From Octopus sinensis (Eukaryota), in contig NC_042998.1 in NCBI RefSeq assembly GCF_006345805.1, positions 92,752,001 through 92,816,000 of the forward strand: DNA of 64,000 nt. Reading direction: 5' to 3'. A program made the translations under genes and the position numbers. Below the pieces are notes generated by a model. The model was not told where the DNA came from. It saw nothing but the letters and a program-made list of their open reading frames with translations, and did not search any database. The first letter of the stretch is position 1. The number at the start of each line of letters is the position of its first letter. Positions 53,300 to 64,000 of this stretch are shown piece by piece.

Positions 53300-54220
53300 A
53301 TTGACAAAATCAATGTGTATATATTTTTGCAGAAGTTTAAAGGAGGAAAAAATCAGCTTTGAAGGCAAGCCATGAAGTGGGTGACCATAAACTGTAACCA
53401 GTGAGAAAAATCACCAGTAAATTGATGAAGTGATTTGCATTGAAAGACAAGTCATAATTTATGCATAACTAGAATGTGATCACAATGCTTTATAAGATAT
53501 AGTGAAAGACTCTGAGTATTGAAAAGTGTGTGCTAAATAGGTACCTTGGTGGTTGACACCTAATTTGAAGGAGAGAAACTTGGAAGTCTGCTTTTATTTG
53601 TTGAAAGTATTTGAAGCCAATTAAGACATGTTATTGTTTTCTGATTTCATGACAAAGGATGAAACATGGGTATATCTTTATGATCACGAAACAAATGCTC
53701 AGTTCCAGGAAAGGAATCATACTTCCCCTCCAAGGCCTAAGAAATTTGAGAGCAGGAGATTGGCACAGAAAGTCATGGTGACAGTTTTTTGAGATGACAA
53801 GGGCATCATTCATCTTGATTTTCTGTAATGTGGTTGTGCTGTGAACAGTGAGTTGTACACTGAAAAGTTCAAAATGCATAGAAAAACCACTTGGAGGAAG
53901 AAGCTGTACAAGAATCTGAAAATAATTCCTTTTCATCAAGATAATGCATGATCACACATATCTATAACAACAAATCAAGCAATTGGCAAATAGCACTGGT
54001 CAGTGGTCCACAGGCTATCATACAGCCTGAATCTGGTACTCTCTTTCCAGCTTTTAGTCAGATGAAGGACAGACTACAAAGATAACAATTTGATGACACT
54101 CACGAGGCTTAAAGTGGCTATAAAGAAGCAGGTGCATGGTGCACACCTGAATTTTTAATAATTAACAATGGTATAAATGCATCACTTGAAATGGAGACTA
54201 TATTGAGATGTAACTTTGAG
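53300..54220 (+). pseudogene. Degraded mariner transposase
   Basis: KVCAK*VPWWLT (WVPR.L), MTKDETWVYLYDHET (GDETW) and KVMVTVF*DDKGII. Confidence 0.85.
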
Positions 54221-54510
54221 GAAAAGTTATTCTATTAATATATATTGTTTGAATGACCTTTGTCAGGTAACAAAAAAAGTTATGTCTGCTTTTGCATTAC
54301 TTTTGATACAACCTTCACACATGTGTGTATCTGCATGTATGTGTATGTGCATACATGTCGGAGCAACGGCATTGGTTTATTTACATCCTCATAATATATC
54401 AGTTTGATACAAAAAAAGAGAAACCAAGAGCATAAATACCAGACTTAAAAAATAAATTATTTACATTATTTACATTCAACGGATAATTGTTCTCATCTTG
54501 TTTGTTGTTA

Positions 54511-54554
54511 ACACAACGTTTCAGCTGATATACCCTCCAGCCTTCTTCAGGTAT
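54511..54554 (-). ncRNA. Minimal type-I hammerhead motif (left arm of fold-back 4)
   Basis: auac CUGAAGA a GGCUG gaggguauau CAGCU GAAAC GUU gugu. Core intact; stem III is the loopless palindrome AACGUU. Confidence 0.65.
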
Positions 54555-54634
54555 CTTGGGGAAATTTGGAACTTGGGTTCTCATTCCTAAGGTATTTTTC
54601 AATGTTCTTCTTCTTATCATTATTATTGTTCAGG

Positions 54635-54700
54635 TCACTGCTTGGAATCGAACTCGGAATCTTTGGGTTAGTAGCCTGTGCTCTTAACCACTACGCCATA
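54635..54700 (-). promoter_or_regulatory. tRNA-derived Pol III internal promoter (A box uggcguagugguuaagagc, B box gaguucgauucc)
   Basis: Consensus-like A and B boxes with tRNA spacing. The mirror copy at 54708-54765 (+) has tgtagtggtttagagc and gagtttgattcc. Confidence 0.7.
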
Positions 54701-54783
54701 TGCTCGTGGGTGTAGTGGTTTAGAGCATGGGCTACTAACCCAGGATTCCGAGTTTGATTCCAAGCAGTGATCTGAACAATAAC

Positions 54784-54852
<69 letters not shown>

Positions 54853-54928
54853 AAGAAGAAGAAGAAGAAGAAGAATAACATTGAAAAATACCTTAGGAAT
54901 GAGAACCCTGGTTCAAAATTTCCCGTAG

Positions 54929-54972
54929 ACACCTGAAGAAGGCTGGAGGGTATATCAGTCGAAACGTTGTGT
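54929..54972 (+). ncRNA. Minimal type-I hammerhead motif (right arm of fold-back 4)
   Basis: acac CUGAAGA a GGCUG gaggguauau CAGUC GAAAC GUU gugu. Perfect 4-bp stem I, predicted cleavage after U54968. Confidence 0.65.
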
Positions 54973-57129
54973 TAACAACAAACAATATGAGGACAAATAT
55001 CCATTGAATGTAAATAATGTAAATAATGTACATAATTCCTCATCTCTTACATATAGAACTGTATTAAAAAAAAATTGTCGGGCAGGGCCAATTTGATTGA
55101 TTAAAAAGCCTTCAAAGTGGTGCCCCAGCATGGCCAATGTTCAGGACAGCTTTGTAAATCATTCCTGAATTTTGAAGATAAAATAAAATAAATACTGATT
55201 ATGTTTATGATGTCATGACCCATATAAACAAAGGTTTATGCCAATGAAGAATAACCAGCTAAATTATGAATTACTTCTTTTCCGAGATAAATTGTCCATT
55301 ATGACCAAATAATTATTTTGGTAACAATGAAACATGATTTTTGAAAGACAATAAAACAAGATTGTATAAGCTTTACCCTTTATTTCATTGAAAGAAGAAT
55401 CTACATAGAAGAATGGAAGATTATACGGAAGTATCAAAAATGAAGAAAGCAAATCACTCAACTTACCTTAGTCTATCTAGAAGATACATCTTGTCTGTCA
55501 TTTCCCACTTGAAAGTTTGGTATTAGAAGAGAGAATATATATTTATCATCATAGTTCTTGACTTGGTTGGCTCTAAAAATTCAAGCAATTTACATAACGA
55601 TTTAGAGAAACTGATTTATAAGCCAAGTAAGATGTCTTGGGAGTAGTTCTACTTCTGATAAATAGACAGGAGAATACCGAAAGGTGGCAATTTGACAGAG
55701 TTGTTAGAGAGCATTGTTTTGACTTTCTGTGCTCTGAGTTCAAATCCTACCAGAGCCAACTTTGTTTTTCATTGTTTTGTGGTTGATAAAAAACATCAAT
55801 TCAGAATAATGGATTAGCAGAACTGTTAGTGAGGTTCAACAAGATTCCTTTTGGCTTTGTGCAGTCAGACAGTAATGCCAGCAATGACACTGGTTTCAAA
55901 CTATATTGGCCCTTAAGTGACAGCCTTTTCCTTGGGCAACGTTGGTAGTATGGAGAGAAGTCACTTGCATGCATGGACAACTGCCAGTCTTTCACAAGGA
56001 ACTGTGCATAGGCCTGCAGATACAGATTTAGATAAATGATCAACCCTGACTGAAAGAAGCCCCAAAGAGTGTAATGTACTTTGTTATGGAGTCCCAAAAT
56101 GTGATTGAAACCTATATAGGATTTGTTTGTATGTCAGCTTTGATGTAATATCAATAATACAAAATCATAATTGAAGTAGATGTTTTTTAATTTTACTGAC
56201 AAGAATACTTTCTACAGCAATTAAAAATGTTTTTTTTTTTTCAAAATGAACCTGGCTTAAAAATAAGCACTGGAAATAACTTATTTGACTAAACCTTTCA
56301 GCATGGCCACAGTTCAATGAATGAAACAGTTAAAACAGTTAAAAGAAAAGTAATACAGTAGGGTCTCACAGTGGATAGGTGTGGCCTATTGGTTAGGATG
56401 TTCAGCTCCTGATCATAAGATTCAATTCTCAGAATGGGCAGTACCTTGAGTTCTTGAGCAGGGCACTCCATTTCGTGTCACTCTAGCCAATTCAGATAAA
56501 AATAAAAAGTAGCTGAGTATTGGTGCAGTCCTATTTCCTGCTGGTCATTACATCCTTAATTTTTCCCTTGGGTCAAGAAATAAGGAGTGAGGGGATGTCT
56601 ATATCAACATGTGACTGCATAGGCACCTAAACCCTAAATGAAAGCATGGTACAAACTAGAAAATCATAGTCATTTGTGAGTGATGACTGAGTTTTACTTT
56701 TTTTTTATAGGGTTGTGTATATGTAATATTAGTTTCAAATTTTGGCACAAGGCTAGAAATTACGAGGGAGTGAGCAAGTCAGTTATATCAATTCTAGTAC
56801 TCAATGGTTATTTTATTGTCCCTGAAAGGATGAAAGTCAACCTCAGCAGAATTTGTATATGTATATACAGTATAATCATCCTGTCAATTGACTTGCTTGG
56901 GCCATTGCAACTATACCACATCAGATGTCCTTTTTGAACAATATGGCATGATTGTCTAGTTAGGGTTTTTATCACATTGATCTTTCACAGTTTGAAATAT
57001 CTCACCTGCACACACCATGACCACAGATGTTGGCAAGTAGCTCACTTATTGAACTGATAGATACTGGCCATTGATAGTTTGATGATTGTTAATCTGTTCA
57101 GTATCTAGTGATATTCACCATTTATTCAA

Positions 57130-57455
57130 TAAGTGTGTGGCTTAGTGGTTAGGGTAATTGGTTTGTGATTGTAAAGTTGTGAGTTCAATTCCTGATGGTG
57201 TGTTTTGTCCTGAGCAAGACACTTTATCTCATGTTGCTCCAGTCTACTCAGCTGGCAAAAATGAGAAGTACCAGTATTTCAAAGGGCCAGCCTTGTCATA
57301 TCTTGTGTCATGCTAAATCTCCCCGAGGACTATATTAAAGGTACACATGTCTGTGTCATGCTCAGCCACATGCATGTTAATTTCATGAGTAGGCTGTTCT
57401 GTTTATCAGATCAACTGGAACCTTTGGTGTTGTAACCAACGAAGTGCCAGTTTTA
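57130..57455 (+). mobile_element. tRNA-derived SINE family G
   Basis: A box tggcttagtggttagg, B box gagttcaattcc, then the gtcctgagcaagacactt domain. Confidence 0.8.
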
Positions 57456-57719
57456 TTCAATAAGTTCATTTGTCAAACTAGTTCACAACTACTGTGCTGC
57501 AGCCTATGATTTCTACTTACTCTGGCTCAGGTGGTTATGTGCTTTTGAAACCATAGCTTGGATCTTGACAGATGCTATTGCTCTGGGTCAGAGTAGACCT
57601 GAAAACAATACTAAGAGCTGGTTCCACATTCCTCAAAGCTCTGAAAGTCCTGATCAGGGTCCTGCAAGCAGATGAAATTTGAAGTCATACATAGGACATA
57701 TGTTCTTTTATTCTTTTAT

Positions 57720-57927
57720 TCTCTTACGGGTTTTAGTCATTTGACTGTGGTCATGCTGGAGCTCCACCTTTAGTCGAACCAACTGACCCCATGACTTATC
57801 CTTTGTAAGCCTAGTACTTATTCTATCAGTCTCTTTTGCCAAACTGCTAGCTTATGAGGCTGTAAACACACCAACATTGCTTGTCAAGCAATGGTGGGGG
57901 GACAAACACAGACATACACACAAATAT

Positions 57928-57958
<31 letters not shown>

Positions 57959-57967
57959 TAATATATA

Positions 57968-57998
<31 letters not shown>

Positions 57999-58400
57999 CA
58001 GGCTGACCAAAACCTTGTGAGTGGATTTGGTAGACAGAAACTGAAAGCGAGCTGGCAGAAACGTTAGCACGCCGGGCGAAATGCTTAGCGGTATTTCGTC
58101 TACTGTTACGTTCTGAGTTGAAATTCCGCCGAAGTCGACTTTGCCTGCCCCTTGTGGGTAATAAAGAAATAAGAAACTGAAAGAAGCCTGTTGCATATGT
58201 ATACACACACACACACACACATAAATATATATATATATATATATAATATATATATATATATGTACATATGCGATGGGCTTCTTTCAGTTTTCACAAGGCT
58301 TTGGTCAGCCTGTGGCTATATTAGAAGACACTTGCACAAGAAGCCACATAGCAGGACTGAACCTGGAACTATGTGGTTGGGAAGCAAGCTTCTTACCACA
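57720..58400. mobile_element. Nested SINE cluster: SINE-A pieces in both orientations with a SINE-C insert (58048-58171) flanked by a 12-bp TSD
   Basis: agaaactgaaag at 58036-58047 and 58172-58183. Confidence 0.8.
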
Positions 58401-58764
58401 CACATGCTCCTTATATGGCTGAGTGAAAATTTTCAGTTTGCTGAAATTATACAAGGAACCTGTTAAAAAGTTTTTCTGTTTGTTATTTGCATAACTAACA
58501 TCAGTTAATCTGAGTTCTTCAACTTACAGTAAATAAACTCTGTGATAGTTATTTATGAAAGTACACAGTGGTGAAAAAGGTTTTGTTCAGCTAGATGACA
58601 GTGTTGCTGCTGCTCTCTGCTGCTGCTTCTGTTGTGGCTGTTCAGTGTCTTACTTATAGCAGTCTTCATTGAAAACTCATAAAAAATTAGACTATTCAGT
58701 ACATTAAGCACAGATAACATCTAACCTTGAATTTTCTAAATACAAAGTATTTATATATACAAGA

Positions 58765-59068
58765 AAGAAAAAGTGAGAGAAATTGAGAGAGAGAGAGAGA
58801 AAGAATAGAGAAAAGTGGAGAGAAGAGAAAGAAAGAGAATGCAGAGAAACAGAGAAGATAGAGAGAAAGATAGAAAACTAGGAGAGAGAGAGAGAGAGAG
58901 AGAGAGTGAGAGAGAGAGTGAGAGAATAAGAAAGTGTGGAGAGAAAAGAGAGGAATTGGAGAGAAGAGAAAGAAAGAATGTAAAGAAAAAGAAAAAGAGA
59001 GAATATAGAAAGAGAAAGACAGAAAAAGAGAAGGAAAGAGAAAGAGAATGAGAGAGAATGAGATAGAT

Positions 59069-59129
<61 letters not shown>

Positions 59130-59130
59130 G
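58765..59130. repeat. Polypurine (GA-rich) tract
   Basis: Direct reading. It is the source of the LSLS and ERER ORFs. Confidence 0.95.
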
Positions 59131-60329
59131 TTGTGAGTCAGAGTAACAACCTGGTTCATTTAATGCTTTCAAATTACTAGCTAAAATCCCAGCTGTCACA
59201 TAAAGGCAATTTGGACTCTGCACTTAAGGAAGCATGTCATTTTGTCTAAAGAAAGAATAATAAAGAACTATACTTATTGTTAAAGCAATGGGCCAAGAAC
59301 AGATGAAGAAATAAATCTGAAAAAAAAAAAAAAAGCAAGAGAAATGTACGTCAGCTTTTATATTAGTTTGAGGAAAGTAAAAACAAACTTTTCTAGAATA
59401 TTATTTCCTACCTCATTAGACTAAGTGTACATGCAATGGTGTAATTTTATGGCTTCGTTTGGTCAGTGTTTTGTAAGGTGAAATATTTCTAGTTGATTGA
59501 GTTAACCTCATTATATTACTGGTTCTTATTTTACTGATCCCAGGCTGATTGATACTGAAGTTGAGCTTGGCTTAAATGAAACTGGAGTGTATAATAAACG
59601 TAAATCATTATTTTATTGTTTCAACGTGGTGAGCTGGGCAGATTCTTTGGCACATCGGGCAAATTACTTGGCTCTTCATGTTCTGAGCTCAAATCCCACC
59701 AAGGTCAATCTTGCCTTCCATCCTTTCTGGGTTGACCAAATAAATTATCCGTTAAATACTGTGGTTGACATAATCGTCTAGTCTCCACCTCTCCTGGAAA
59801 TCCCAGGCTTTGTTCCAAGTTGAGAAAGAATTATTTTATTGTCTCAGTACCTTCCAGTATTCAGTATTCTTTTCTTTTTTTAATTTATACTTGTTGGGTC
59901 TGAACGCAGGGGTGGTACCCATGGCCTTTGTAGGCCCTCTAAGACTGGTGAGGTTGATACTGTAATGTTCTTTTTTAACCATTGTAAAGTCCACACTCTG
60001 AGAAAAGACATAAGCATGGAAAGAGTTAAGAAAGCTGACATTTTAGGAAGAAAAGACAAGGTTTAGTGGTCTGATGTAGACCTTGTGGTTTGGTTACAAT
60101 AAAATCGATGAAAGGAGGGAGGACTGGGTTGGGAATGCTTGAATGAAGGTTGCATGAATCCAGTAGTCTCTGAGGAGCAGAGGCCATTATAGTAGCACTG
60201 AAAAGAGGTAGACAAAAGAGACAGTGCATCTGTAGGCCTGAGGCTGGAATATGCTTATCAGTGACTTTATTTCACTCAATCTCTATATACTAGAGACAGA
60301 TTCCTACTCTACATTTTAAGTTCTTTTAC

Positions 60330-60750
60330 TCTTTTACTCTCTTTTACTTGTTTCAATCATTTGACTGTGGCCATGCTGGAGCACCACCTTTAGTCAGGCA
60401 AATCAACCCCAAGACTTATTCTTTGTAAGCCTAGTACTTATTCTATCAGCCTCTTTTGCCGAACCACTAAGTTACAGGAACATAAAAACACCACCATCGG
60501 TTGTCAAGCGATATTGGTTTGGGGGGGGGGACAAACACAGACACACAAACATATACACACACATATACATATATATATATATTTACGACGGGCTTCTTTC
60601 AGTTTCCATCTACCAAATCCACTCGCAAGGCTTTGGTCATCCCGAGGCTATAGTAGAAGACACTTGCCCAAGGTGCAATGCAGTGGGACTGAACCTGGAA
60701 CCATGTGGTCCGTAAGCAAGTTACTTACCACACAGCCACTCCTGCGCCTT
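60330..60750 (-). mobile_element. Full-length SINE family A
   Basis: Complete reverse complement from the (ctctttta)n tail to the ggcgcaggagtggctgtgtggtaag head. Confidence 0.88.
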
Positions 60751-61597
60751 TTAAAGTATTTTTATTAGCTTGCTTTAGAAATTACTTTAGTTACATTTTG
60801 AGCCCTAGTGACTTTGTTGTGTTTAAGAGCAGCAAGAGGGAAAAATATATCTCCTAGAGAAATACCACTTTTCCTCTCTATTGATATATCCAGTTAGAGA
60901 GTTAAAACATCTTTCAACGTATAGATTTTCTAATTTATCTTATTTTCACCAAAATAATCTTATTTAGCAGTTCAATGCTTCCGTTGTTATTACCAAACGT
61001 CAAAGTAATTATCATTTACTAATAGTATCTTATTACTTAAAGTAATGGAATGGTAAAGATAGAGCATCAAACTAAATTCTTTACACTTTCATATCCCTAA
61101 ATCTATCACGAAAATTAAACCTCTTTGTACTCTATTTTTTTTTTTACTTTATTATATTTTATCTTGTTATTTTAATTTAATTTAATTTATTTCACTCTCC
61201 TCCTTTACCTTCCTGACTTCTACAGACAACATTAACCGGTTATCTTATTACCCTTTAACCATATTAGAGGGTAGTTAGATACACCAAAACACTGTTTGAA
61301 TTATTCTTTCTGTATTCTGGCTTCAAAACTTATAAAGGTTGAGTTTGTTTTTTTATTCGTTTGGGAGTTGATAAAATAAGTACTGGTATGTATTTATAGG
61401 ACACTTCTATTTGAAAATTTATGACCTTGTGCTAACAAAAAAATATTGCTGTTCTATTTTCTGTTATTTCAAACACCAGTTTTGCTATGAAATCTAAAAT
61501 TATTTAAGAATATTTTGTATTGTTTCCAAATAATTTTCATCAATTTCTTCTTACCCCTAATCCTTTTAATTTTCGATTAATTTCAAATAATTCTCTA

Positions 61598-61985
61598 TAC
61601 TCTTTTACTTGTTTCAGTCATTTGACTGCGGCCATGCTGGAGCACCACCTTTAGTCAAGCAAATCGACCCCAGGACTTGTTCTGTGTAAGCTTAGTACTT
61701 ATTCTATCAGCCTCTTTTGCAGAACTTCTAAGTTACGGGGATGTAAATACACCAGCATCGGTTGTCAAGTGATGATGGGGGGGGGACAAACATAGGCACA
61801 CAAACACACACACATATATACGACGGGCTTCTTTCAGTTTCTGTCTACCAAATCCACTCGCAAGGCTTTGGTCAGCCCGAGGCTATAGTAGAAGACACTT
61901 GCCCAAGGTGCCATGCAGTGGGACTGAACCCGGAACCATGTGATCCGTAAGCAAGCTACTTACCACACATCCACTCCTGCACCTA
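61598..61985 (-). mobile_element. Full-length SINE family A
   Basis: Same organisation as 60330-60750. Confidence 0.88.
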
Positions 61986-62242
61986 TTATATATACTTGAA
62001 ATATCTTATATATAAATCTGACATTGGCTGAATAAAGACATATTAAATGAAGCTCTTAACACATTTATCTGTTTTAACAGCTACAGCTGGTTGAAGTAGT
62101 GAATCTTTAAACAAAACATTATGCGGCAGCTTATATTCTCATTCACTAATTGCAACATGTGTAAGTTGATCCTAAATAATGAGCTCATGGAAGAGCCATC
62201 CTAGCTATTTAATGACTCACAAAACTATCACATTTCCTTTGA

Positions 62243-62636
62243 CCCTTTTGTTACTGTGTTTCTGTTGAAACACACTGGCTTTGTTTCATTTTCTTTTGAA
62301 AATAGTTAAGAATTTAATAAAATAATTTTCCATTATTAAGCTGGTGTTTGGAATTAGTAATAGTAGTAGTGGTAGTAGAGAACTACCACTACTACTCCAC
62401 TGCCATTGCCACCAACACCATCACCATCATCACCGCCTCCATCTTCACATCAGTGCCATAATGTGGTAGTGGTGGTGGTGTTAGTAGTGGCAGTGGTGGT
62501 GTTAGTAGTGGCAGTGGTGGTGATAGAGTAAATAAACATGAAATTTTAACTGAAGGCTTTAATTTACACCACTTAAAAGCAAGGAGTTTGTATCATTGAA
62601 CCAGGGTCAGTCTTAGGTTGGTTGGTATCAAAAAGG
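62243..62636. mobile_element. piggyBac-like MITE interrupted by a trinucleotide fold-back (about 62355-62525)
   Basis: ttga-ccctttt ... aaaagg-TTAA ends. The body is colinear with 44698-44916 except for the insert. Confidence 0.65.
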
Positions 62637-63041
62637 TTAAATCTATTCATTTCCACAACTGTAATCTGATTGCTGACTTTGTCACACACTATGACCAGGT
62701 CATAGTTGTACAACAGAAAGTTGACAACTCATAAAATAAATTCAAAGTAAAAACTTGATATTCACAATTGGAGCAGCATTAAATTAAATTAAAATAAACA
62801 CATATGTATCATATTAAATGTATACACATCAGTGATAGGCAAGGTACTGTAGTTTTCATCTGAGATAAAATTTCTTATTGACTCTAATGTATATCTACAC
62901 ACACACACACACACGCACACACACACACACACACACATACATATACATACATAAATATATATATACATATTAATATTTTTGCAGATGGCTCATATGTAAT
63001 TGTACACTTGTTTCCATCAATATTGTATTGTGTGTAAAAAA

Positions 63042-63123
63042 CATCCTGATGAGGGGAGTGTCAGTTTCAAAAATATGGATTGTATCATATTAATTGGCGC
63101 ATCTCTGAAACAGCCCGTAGATG
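63042..63123 (+). ncRNA. Complete type-I hammerhead candidate with GUA site
   Basis: cauc CUGAUGA gggga..(long stem II)..ucucu GAAAC agccc GUA gaug. Perfect 4-bp stem I, intact core. Confidence 0.65.
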
Positions 63124-63604
63124 AAAAATTTTTGTAATTTTTGTATTTTTGTATTTTTTCTGTATTTTTTTCTGGAATTTTAATTTGTCATTTTAATATA
63201 TCCTTCTCATGTTTTATTATCCCAAATTTTTAATTTATCAATGTTTTATAACATTAAGCGTAAATTCACTGTGTTTTGTATGTAACACTGATTCTTGTAC
63301 ATTTATAAATATTATATGATTTTTATCTGTTTATATATATTATTATATTTTTATATATGTCGGATTTTAGTTCCGTTTGTAGATATAAATGAATATATGA
63401 ATATATGTATGTATTTGATCTTTGTGTGTGGATCTTAGTAATGTTCCTTTAGTTCCTGCTCGCATTGCCTCCGCTAATATTAAGAAGTGGAATATAGCTC
63501 ATTTGGAGCACTACAACTCCAGTCTGTATTATATTTTGAGTTTTGTTATTTATAGCAATCTCAAGATATAACTGTGTATTTTGTATTATATATAGGTATA
63601 TATA

Positions 63605-63639
<35 letters not shown>

Positions 63640-64000
63640 GGTATATATATATATATTATATATATATATTATATATTATATATATATATTTTTTACATAC
63701 ACACACACACACACACATGCACACACACACACACACGCATGTATAAGTCATAAGTCACAAAACCCTCAGAGTTTCTTCTTGGAAGAAAACTGCTGTAGCT
63801 TACCTATCAGTGATATACCTAAAGTATGATGCATAGATGGCTATCTTAAGTAAATTTAGCAGTTTTATGTATTATTAAATAACTCATTCACAATGTAATT
63901 ATTTCAGTTTCAACACACTGCTTGTTGCAAGACCACTACTACTCCAACTTGAATCTTGAAGTGTTTGAGTGTTTGAATAACTATTTCTATGCCATAACTC

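Larger units (their letters stand above)
54400..55063. mobile_element. Fold-back element 4: back-to-back tRNA-derived heads, each followed outward by a triplet spacer and a minimal hammerhead
   Basis: Arms about 54460-54700 / 54708-55025 are reverse complements except for the (AAT)n(AAG)n length. Short terminal cagtt/aactg. Confidence 0.85.

Noticed and set aside
54635-54765. tRNA genes
   Set aside because: tRNA-like A/B boxes only. Acceptor and anticodon stems are not properly paired and the sequence sits in a repeat, so it is treated as a SINE-type head.
55467-55507. Candidate 41-nt minus-strand exon (WEMTDKMYLLDRL) with a good acceptor and gtaagt donor
   Set aside because: One open frame in 41 nt is expected by chance. 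No partner exons or recognisable protein; needs RNA-seq.
58696-59223. 175-aa hydrophobic ORF and Arg/Glu-rich ORF
   Set aside because: Translations of the GA-rich tract.

Overview
AT-rich, microsatellite-dense animal DNA made almost entirely of decayed mobile elements. The repeat repertoire and (TA/CA/TACA/AAT)n density suggest an octopus-type coleoid cephalopod genome (inference from sequence style, not a database match). No host-gene exon could be supported, and most ORFs in the track are translations of simple repeats. Recognisable elements: an old Ty3/Gypsy LTR element whose gag, RT and integrase remnants lie in order across about 2.7-12.1 kb; CR1-, RTE- and R4/Dong-clade LINE fragments; a Penelope-like (PLE) RT fragment; several Tc1/mariner derivatives; hAT, piggyBac-like and Helentron-like MITEs; and many tRNA-derived SINE copies. 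The main unexplained signal is about 17 type-I hammerhead-ribozyme-like motifs (CUGANGA...GAAA...NUH, short or palindromic stem III) from several unrelated sequence families. Ten of them form five mirror-image pairs in the arms of fold-back (inverted-repeat) elements, and every pair points outward. One fold-back (54400-55063) puts a tRNA-derived Pol III promoter upstream of the hammerhead in each arm. The most complete single motifs are at 41052-41133 (-, GUC) and 63042-63123 (+, GUA). All ribozyme calls are by-eye structure assignments and none is tested.
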